A stretch of DNA of 64,000 nucleotides from Squalus acanthias (Eukaryota), in contig CM059432.1 of assembly GCA_030390025.1 (NCBI GenBank), forward strand, positions 107,138,001-107,202,000, given 5' to 3'. The translations under genes were made by a program, and so were the position numbers. Shown here piece after piece: positions 54,907 through 64,000 of the stretch (within the stretch, counting starts at the first letter, position 1; every line of letters starts with the position of its first letter). The notes below the pieces were generated by a model. It was not told the DNA's origin, searched no databases, and worked only from the letters and a program-made list of their open reading frames with translations.

Positions 54907-57081
54907 AAGCTAGTTTAAACCCACCCTAACAGCACTAGCAAACCACCCCGTCCCCGGCGAGGATATTGGTCCCAGTCCTGTTGAGATGCAACCTGTCTGG
55001 CTTGTACAGGTCCCACCTTCCCCAGAACCGGTCCCAATGCCTCAGGAATCTAAATCCCTCCCTCCTGCACCATCTCTCCAGCCACGCATTCATCTGCTCT
55101 ATCCTCCTCTTTCTGTACTTGCCTAGCATGTGGCACTGGGAGTAATCTGGAGATTACTACCTTTTTGAGGTCCTGCTTATTAATCTCTTTCCTAGCTCCC
55201 TAAAGCCTACCTGCAGGACCTCATCCTCTTTCTACCTATGTCATTGGTACTGATGTGGACCATGAGCTGTTCACCCTCCTCCCTCAATGTCCTGCAGCTG
55301 CTCAGTGACCTCCTTGACCCTGGCACCAGGGAGGCAACGTACCATCCTAGAGTCACGTCTGTGGCCGCAGAAACGCCTGTCTGAGCCCCTATCACTATTG
55401 CTTTCCTCCTTCCTCCCCCACCCCCGTACAGCTGAGCCACCCATGGTGCCATGGCCTTGGCTTTGGCTGTACTCCCAAGAGGAACCATCGCCCGCACCAG
55501 TATTCAGAACTGAAAGAATGAGATGCACTCGGACTCCTGCACTACCTGCCTGGTCTTCCTTGTCTGTCTGGCGGTCACCTATTCCCTCTCTGCCTGTAAC
55601 CTCTTAAGCTGCAACATGACCACCTCCTGAAACGTGCTATCCATGTAGCTCTCAGCCTTGCAGATCCACTGCAGTGACGCGAGCCACCGCTCAACTCTGA
55701 AACCTGGAGCTTGAGCTCCTCCAGCTGACGACACTTCCTGCACATGTGGTTGTCCAGGACATGAGAAACATCCTGGACTTCCCACATGGCACAGGATGTG
55801 CATTCAGTGGGACTGAGGTGCCCTGCCATGCCTCTATTTATTAGACTATGAACTAAACTTCGTTTAACCCACTGCCCTAACTTTGAGAGGAAAATAAGAT
55901 AAAACTATTTACTCAAGTTTAACAAGTCCACTGAGGTACTAAACCCAGAACCTAAATGTTAGATATCTCGATACTTAACTTGGAGTCCTCGGGTTATGTG
56001 GCTCCACTCCTCCTTTTGAGTTGGACCGCCTTCCTCCTCCTCCTCCATCGAATTCCTACTATTACCAATTCTTACTATCACCAGATTCTTCCACTCTGCT
56101 TGCGATCCACTCTGATTGCGATTCACCCAGCTCTATATTCATGCTCTGTGCTCAAGCTCTAATGATCTACCATTTTAGGTGTGCTATGGCCACTCGGGTC
56201 GGTATGCCTTTTTTATTAATCTGTTCTGTTAAGCATGCTTGTCAAAGCAATGCAATCACTTTGCCATTTTTGTGCTCATAACTAGGCTTTTTAAATTAAT
56301 TACCTGTTGCCACTTCTGTTGTACTATTTTGCTATAATTCATTTATTATATTGAGGGTGAAAAAATGTTAGATTATCTTCCTTTTAGATGTGGAGTTTAA
56401 TTGCAGTTTGTCCTACATATACAAAACAACCCCTCTCCTAACCCTCTTAATGGTGTATGCAGCTTCATCACTGTGGAAATTGTCTTTGATTTCTTCTTTC
56501 TTCGATTCCATCAAAGAACTGAGGAATCCAGAATCGGGGAAGATCATGTGACTGCCAAGGCTGTAGTAAGAATAAGTCTTATGGGGACTGTGTCCTGAGA
56601 TTGCTTCATTTGAATGACTCTGCTCATTGTTTATGGAAGGATAAACAACATTCAAAGAATGAGAAAGGTTATAACTAATGTTACCAGTTTTACAACAACC
56701 CATGTTCTATTAAATTATTGGGGAGCATGAAAAAGAAACATGAATGGAGTGAAAATGAGAACTTTTGTAAATGCTGGCTTAAAATGTTACGGTGCATTCT
56801 AAGATTTGAACAGTATGAACTTTCAGACTTGCATAAGTAGGTTTCAAGTTTATATTGATGTGCATAACTTTGTTTTCTGATCACAATTTGCTTAACTTGG
56901 TTATCGCCATGAAATTAGAACTGCTGTGTACAGTTTGTGAATCTCCGATTTATATGAGCTGGCAGGTTGATGGCAATATTTTAGTTGCGACTTCTTGTAG
57001 ATTTTGCTATTAAATGCAGTCTGCAGTAGGTAACTGTAAAGTGCAAATATATGTTCTAATCCTTCAATCTCTTTGGTTTAG

Positions 57082-57207
<126 letters not shown>

Positions 57208-57287
57208 AGCCAAGTGCAGTCCGGAGAACGAGTTGACGGGATGATAACTGCACTTGGATTGCAGTTTTATTGGAAGGGATTCTTGTT

Positions 57288-57295
57288 CTACCTCA
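57288..57295 (+). promoter_or_regulatory. let-7 8mer target site (CTACCTCA) in the 3' UTR
   Basis: Exact 8mer about 80 nt after the stop, in the context TGTTCTACCTCA. TGFBR1 is an established let-7 target in mammals. Confidence 0.75.
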
Positions 57296-60200
57296 TTGAG
57301 GGAGCAGAAGATGGATCACTCTGCCTGTACCACCATAGAAACTGCACCACATTTTATATACTACATAGGAAATTTCCACCGTGCCTAGCTCTCTAATGGA
57401 CATGCTGAGCGCAGGCTGAGGTCCACTCTGTGCACTGAACACCACCTTCCCAGGACATTGACATGATATTATGTAGCTTAGTTTTTTTTTAATTAACATT
57501 TAACTTGATAAAGTTTTATTATTGGTCTTAACAGTAGAAAAGCTGGAACACTTAAACCTTTACCAACACTGCCCCAGTATATTGGAGTACTGGCAATGGG
57601 GCTGGTCCCACAAATGAAAATTTCAGTGCAAGATACAGTATTACACACAATTAAAGGGTACTCTTCATCCAACGGTTGGGTACCAGTTTTATTGCTACAA
57701 CTATCAGATTATAATTTTGATGCCTTGCAATCTGTTTTCACCTTGTGTGCTAAAGTCCTAGCTTTGAGTTAGGAGTACTTCAATTCACATTTGGTTTGAA
57801 GAATTGGTCATTCCACAGTGTATGAGATGGCTACAAAAATAACTCGGGAACAAAATGGAGGCACAATTGTATTACTGTTGCTACTTTCTGTTTTTGTTTG
57901 GGGGGAGGGGGGTGGTGAGGAGAGGAGTAATTGTGTGACCATTTCCAAAGGCAGTACACACAACTGGCCCATAAGTGCCAGAGCTTTTATAAAACCATAA
58001 CCTGCATCATGGACTGTTTCCACCTCAGATAATTAGGTGAGGGCCATAAATTTGTGATTTCAGTTAATAGGTACAACTTCAGGTCTCAGTATTAACTGGA
58101 TAATGTTTGCACTCAGCTTCTTTCCAGTTGTCTTTTTATATGTATAAATGCTGATTTTCCGAGTGCATGCTCCAGGTAAGGAGCCCTCTCCTTCAGGAGT
58201 GTGTTGCAGTGAATTGTGGGGAGTGTGGTTGTAATATTCCAATATGCACTTCCACTGGCTGTAGTTTTGCGGCAGGATCAGGCATTCGGCAAACTTAAAA
58301 TAGCGGGGAGCTTGCTTGCGATTCTGTAACATTGGCTCCTGGCGGCTGAGGCTCTGCACGGGGAGCGTTTATTCGTAAAATTGCCCCCATATATAATCTC
58401 AATTTGATTTGTGCTAAGGAATGCAAAATTGTTTTTGGATTACTAGCTTCAAAACCACTGCAAGTATTTTGCCTATTAATATGTAATGTAGCAAATGCCT
58501 CTTGACAAAATCCAAATTGAGATGCATTTTCAAAACTAACACTAAACTAACATAGTGGCCAGAAAGGTGATCTTTATTGTATGTAGCATACAGGAGCAAT
58601 CTTGACGAGTATTTGCCCATTTGTCTCCTTAATCTATTTATAGTGAACATTAATGACCCTTATGACACTAATCCAGTGCGTTAAATTTTTGATGTATTTT
58701 ATAACATCATCTTTAAGGTGAAAATTTTTTATGTTTTCAGTTTATAGGCATGATTAAAATCTGAATTGTTTTTATGAAGTTAGAATTGAAACAATAGCTT
58801 TGTTTTAGGTGTGGACTGGATCTTTATTTGGCTTTTGAAAATACAATGAGTTTTGCAGGACAACAGTACCAGTAAGCAAAAAGTTGGTTTGGTGCAAAAT
58901 TGTAATTGAATGGGATCAAAATTTATCCATACAAATTACAGTTTTTTTTTCCTAGACCATTTTTATTTCTTGTGACCATTTACTGTACATGCTGCTGAAT
59001 GTTTTTTTTTGTCCTGCAAAAGTTTCCATGCATTTTTTTCAAAATGACTGAGATTTTGCTAGTTGCGGGGGGCGGGTGGGAAGGGAATCTTCAAGTAAAA
59101 TTTGTGCATATTTTCGTAGTGGCTATGTTAGATGAATTTCTTTCTCCAGCAGTTCTATTTATTTTAAATTGTGAATTTCTAAAGCTTTGTATCTGTGGCT
59201 CATTTATGAAAGCCCAATGGCTTTTGCTACACTGCAATATAGATTGGCACTCTGTTACCATGCACAAAATCCACAGCCCGGACTTCTGCCTCTCTCTTTA
59301 TTTGCACAAAAAAATGCCATAACAAGCCTTATGATCCTGCACTGTTAATCTGTGTGCTACTCGTGAGTTCTGTGAAGCACGTGTGTAAATCGAAGGCAAA
59401 CTGGCTGTCTGCTGCTTGGTTCTCCTGGAGTACTAAATTTGCTAACTCAATTTGTTCCTTATCTTTAAGTGATTGGTAAAGGAGAATTTGCTTTAGTTCC
59501 AAGTGAAAAGGCCCTTAAATAGCAATTCACAGCTTTCTGATGCACTTCATAGAAAACACTGCAGATGTTGAGACTAACGGGTCTACTTTGTCAAATGTTT
59601 GAAGTCAAATATAAAGATTCAGCATCCCAGTTTAAAATAAACTACGGCAGTATGTTGGTGATGAAGGAGCTCTAGCAAAACTCAATGTTTATTGCAATTC
59701 AGCTGTGCAGTGACATTATTCCTTGAATTTGGCAAAGATTCAGTAATGTAAAGCATTTTACATTGCTGCATTAAAAATTTGATTCGCTGTATAATTCATA
59801 GGATAGTCTAGCTTTAGTTTTAACTTAGTTTATATATAATTATATATATTTAAAAATAAAGCATAGAACCCAATGTAGGAAAGTTTTTTCAATTTTTTAA
59901 AAAAATATCCTGATAAGATCTGTAGTGTGAAGTTTGTTAGCACAATTACAAACCTGGTAGAGTGTGTGGACAAATTACCATATAGAAAATGTTGGATTTA
60001 GCTTCTAACCTGAATAAATCCAGGTTCTTTCACATGTACTTAATCTGAAAGTGTGTAGTTTCCTGGCTGAAAAACAGTATTATAAATGCAAGTGGTGAAG
60101 GCACTTGAATGAAGCGGCAAAACTGCTGCTAAACCCTTAGGCAAAATGTGTAGTTGTTTTGTTTTAAGAATTCTCATCAGTCATTCCTGTTGTAAGTAAT

Positions 60201-60663
60201 CACTGAGCATATTGTCATAGGTCTAGTGTATAGTACAGAAAAACATCTTTAATATATTACGAGTTTTGTGTGGTAGGCTTATGAACACAGTCAAAAAGAG
60301 CACCTGCCTGTAAAACCATAGTAATTACTCTGTGATCTGTAGCATGCTAAATGTGCATATTGGAAGTGCTAGCTTATTACTATGCTGAATTTGCCCATGA
60401 CGACTCTTGGAATATGCAAGTGATACTGCTGCATACGTTACGTTAAGTTAATGTTAAATTTTGAAATGCTGTTGGATGAGTTTTTTTGTGTTGAGTACCA
60501 TGACCTGCCCCTTTTCAGGATTGTCCCATTTATATTATGTTTTGCCATGCAGTCCATCTGTAAATCTGGGATTACATTTATTCTACAATCAAAGCATACA
60601 GTTGAACTTTTTATGTAATTTTGCTTTAAATTAAAGATACCTCCAGAATGACCAAGTTATATT

Positions 60664-60669
60664 TACCTC

Positions 60670-60670
<1 letters not shown>
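60664..60670 (+). promoter_or_regulatory. Distal let-7 7mer-A1 site (TACCTCA)
   Basis: Seed match directly upstream of the (TG)n tract; functional only if the UTR extends this far. Confidence 0.45.

Positions 60671-60671
<1 letters not shown>

Positions 60672-60712
<41 letters not shown>
60672..60712 (+). repeat. (TG)~20 microsatellite in the putative 3' UTR
   Basis: Perfect dinucleotide run. Confidence 0.97.
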
Positions 60713-60717
<5 letters not shown>

Positions 60718-61772
60718 CTGATGGTTTCAATAACTCAGCAGGTTTGCAAATTCATGTCGATTTTATATAAAATATGGATGCTGTATTAATTTAAACGCAA
60801 AAATCCTGTATCTGTCCATGGTACTGAAGTGTATTGTGTATGTATTGCGCCCGGCTTATTGTATACTAGATATATTCCTTTTTACTGTTTGTATAAAATT
60901 GCTGATCCAAGAAGTATCTATGCTGCTCTTGCAATGTTTTTCCTCCAGGAGCGCAGCTTTGCAGCTAGTGTGTATGGGAAAAGGGGAGATACTGCAGTGA
61001 GTAAATAGAGATTTGCTGCATTCAACAAATTTTCCTCCTTTCTTCCTAAAGTACCATTATCATAAATTATGTAATGCCCCTCCCCTACATCTTCTGAAGA
61101 TCATGTATAGTCTTTTGTACAATACGCACAACAAAGATGGGTGATGCTAGACACTGAATGAAATGGCTCACTGAAAGTATTGGCATTGTACGATGCATCT
61201 GACAAAATCCGATGACAATAAAGTGTTCATCTTCATCTAGATGAGTGGATAGTGAATGTGTTTTCTTCTTTTCCTTCCAAAAAAGAAGCGTTAAGTTCAT
61301 AACTTGGCACTTTCAGTCTATTTTGATTGGCACACTGTGCATTAGGTAGCCTATCCAAATGGGAAAAAAATCTATAGGCACTTATTCAAAAACATGCAGT
61401 ATAAAATGTTCTGGTAACACACTTTTTTCTCCCTCCATACGGCAACTTAAATTTATATAGAACCTTTAACCTAAGTAACTAAAGTGCTTGACAAATGGGT
61501 GCTTTTGAGGGAGGCTTTTGTCCTTGAGTACAGCTGTGCAATTAGTATGTTTGAGGGAAGAGGTACTAGAACAAGTAAATGTAGATATTCTATCCCCCCA
61601 ACTGTTCTTCATTCTCTGAACCCAAGTCTATCAATGTCTTGACTACCACTCTATCCCTTCCTCCCATTTTTTGGGATTTCTTCTTCCTAAACTCCAAATA
61701 CGCCCTCTTCCAGGCTAATTTCTTCCTGCATTCCCACTGTGTTGAAGTTGCAGTCTTCTACACTAACTTGTC

Positions 61773-62378
61773 GGGCCTGAAATTGCGATCGGAGGCTTCC
61801 TGCAGGCGGATACCTCCGACCTGTTTTTAAAAAAAAATAAAATAAAATAAAAAAATCTACAAATGTACCTGGTGGCCCGGGAGGTACAGAGACTTGCGAT
61901 CCTGGGCCTCTCCGGGTCCGATAAGTATGAATGGGGATCACTTTATAAAAAAAAAAATACACTAACACATTGAAATATTTTTTTAATTACATATTTAAAA
62001 TTAATTAATGCCATTGAATTAAATATTTTAAATGAAAATTTAATTTTTTAAAGTTTTAACAGGGCTAAAAATAAACTTACCTTATTGGACAGGGTTTTTA
62101 ATGTATAAATGAGTGATAAAATTTTATTTTTCTATTTTTTAAAACTCATGCTGGTAAAAGCAGGCCTTATGCCTGCTTTTACCAGGCGTAAGAATTTCAC
62201 CGGCATTCAGCAGGCGGAAGTTGGGCAAATAGCGCAACTCTCCACCCGCAGAGGCCCATCTCCCGGGGATGCGGAGGATCTGTCAAGTGGATTCGCATGC
62301 CTAAACCCGGAACTTGCGCGGCCCCTACGGGCGCGTGTGCAACCCATATGCACCCGTAGGGGTCACAAAATATGGCCC
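61773..62378. mobile_element. Probable MITE with imperfect GGGCC termini and an internal hairpin
   Basis: GGGCCTGAAATTGCGATC versus the reverse complement of the right end, GGGCCATATTTTGTGACC; GC-rich subterminal regions around an AT-rich centre. Confidence 0.55.
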
Positions 62379-63328
62379 ATTATTTTCTATGACTTCACAA
62401 CTGTGGAACTCAATATCTCGCTGTTTTCCCTTTTTCTATAATTTATAGGATTTTAAATCCCAAGAAAGATCTTTTTTTTTACTGTTTGAACCTTGGTGTC
62501 TTACATTGTTGCTTTTGTCTTTCAACTTGGTTTCTATTTCTTAATATTGTTACAAGTGAGCTTATGTTAATCTTGATTTTCTGTGCTGTCATATCTCATA
62601 ATTGCAATTTCCCCAATGTGCTCCACGGGTTAAATTATGGGGTCAGATTGTATAAACTTGGTTTGTGCTCCTTGAGTTTAGAAGATTGAGGAGTGATCTA
62701 ATTGAAGTGTCTATTGGAGTCACCTACCTGTTACTCCTGTTGCGGGTTCCTCAATAATATTCCAAGTCGAGATATATAATAGATTCTTGCGAAAGTGGTA
62801 AATTCCAGGGCACTTAAAAGAAAGGATAGCTACATATTAAATATTTCCATTGGTAAGTGCTGGTTTATGGGGAAAAGTTGGAAAAATATGGTCCAACACC
62901 AGTATTCATAAGTATACCTTGTTACTGACAGTCTGAGAGCTGTACCTGTTCTGTACTCACCAAGGTATGTATCTTTGGCATCATCAGTTATCCCACTTGC
63001 AATAATCTGTATTGAATTTAACCCTTTCACACGATACCATCAAGATTGCTTTGAAATAGCAGATTTTGCCCCACACAAAGGTTACAGCTTAAAGCTGGTT
63101 TATAATGTAATGGTAATTAGAAAAATCTGAAATGTAATTCATATAAATGGGTTTTAGTGAGTTAGAAGAGAAAGCTCTTTACCAGATGTGGAAGGGACAC
63201 AGGTGGTTGAAGGAGGGCTGCTCACGGATGAAACTGTGGGTAGTGGAGCGGGCCCAGGGACCGTGTAGCCTGACTCTGCTCCTATTTCGTGTGTGCAATT
63301 CTGTTAGATGCAGGAGATGGTTCTGTGA

Positions 63329-63438
63329 TAGATAGTAGATTGGCGGTTAGGATCAGATCAGCCATGATCTTATTGAATGGCGGAGCAGGCTCGAGGGGCC
63401 GATTGGCCTACTCCTGCTCCTATTTCTTATGTTCTTAT
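63329..63438 (+). mobile_element. CR1 3' tail fragment
   Basis: gatcagccatgatcttattgaatggcggagcaggctcgaggggccgattggcctactcctgctcctatttcttatgttcttatg. Confidence 0.85.
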
Positions 63439-63890
63439 GAAACAGAACTGTAGAATTCCCTAGTCCCTGTTAAATCATAGTGCCAGCAATGAGCACGAAT
63501 GGGTGCACCAGTCACTTGCCACCTTCGTTTGCAATAGTTGTGGATTCTACTAACTAGTCAGGTGAGGTCATGCAGCAAGGGTGCTCTGCACTGCAGATTA
63601 CTCGTACAGTCCCTACCGCTTATAGCGGGCAAGTTGGTGCTTACACGATTTGCCCGCCAAATGCGCAGAACGGTTTAAAGGGGTAGAGTTATTATCAAAG
63701 AAGACTAGCAAATCACTGTTGAATAAACTAAACCTGATTCTTCAGTGCAGCTATTTAAACCACACCTGCTTAAAAAGTCACACATAAAAGGTATTAAAAT
63801 AATTAATTCTACATTAAAAATTATATTGAATAGAATTTTACACCACAGCAGACCTACATATGTCTAAGAACTCTGGAATCTACTGCATTT

Positions 63891-64000
63891 AACATAGAAC
63901 AGTACAGCACAGTACAGGCCCTTCGGCCCTCGATGTTGTGCCGAGCATTGTCCGAGACCAAGATCAAGCTATCACACTCCCTATCACTCTGGTGTGCTCC
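63891..64000 (-). mobile_element. 3' end of another CR1-type element, running off the window
   Basis: aacatagaacagtacagcacagtacaggcccttcggccctcgatg resembles the reverse complement of a CR1 stem-loop and microsatellite tail. Confidence 0.65.

Larger units (their letters stand above)
45315..55900 (-). mobile_element. Near full-length older CR1 (ORF1 zinc finger and esterase, ORF2), split by nested insertions
   Basis: Host pieces at about 45315-46146, 48374-49872, 54002-54690 and 54907-55900 join collinearly. ORF1 has CTSCAMWE...CRKC and SGNH-type esterase remnants (HISTND, DRLHLN). Confidence 0.85.
57208..61000 (+). other. TGFBR1: TGFBR1 long 3' UTR (3' end uncertain)
   Basis: AT-rich and nearly free of LINEs after the stop codon. 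Candidate AATAAA signals at 59855-59860 and 60013-60018. The true polyadenylation site cannot be fixed from sequence alone. Confidence 0.6.

Noticed and set aside
58040..58388. MITE within the 3' UTR
   Set aside because: There is a GC-rich patch ending AAAATTGCCCCC, but no convincing matching left TIR or TSD.

Overview
Vertebrate genomic DNA, very likely a cartilaginous fish (shark), inferred from HE1/V-SINE, Deu-SINE, CR1 and Neptune-type Penelope repeats. The one host gene is TGFBR1 (ALK5, TGF-beta type I receptor kinase) on the + strand. Coding exons 2-9 lie at 14846-15091, 16336/16348-16578, 18977-19207, 23777-23944, 24334-24490, 26127-26251, 26708-26838 and 57082-57207, all GT-AG and in phase; exon 1 is not seen and presumably lies upstream. 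A long 3' UTR follows, with let-7 and other miRNA seed matches. The ~30 kb intron 8 is packed with nested retroelements. Most interesting: (1) two short, almost perfectly palindromic Penelope-like insertions with target-site duplications carrying minimal hammerhead-ribozyme motifs, plus hammerhead motifs in a second Penelope family; (2) a V-SINE subfamily that appears to have swapped its 3' tail for that of a different CR1 LINE; (3) tandem in-frame exon-3 acceptors that mirror the mammalian 12-nt TGFBR1 splice variant; (4) a three-level nest of transposons; (5) a Vingi-like LINE with an intact target-site duplication. Family names and human comparisons come from recalled knowledge, not database searches, and boundaries of old repeats are approximate.
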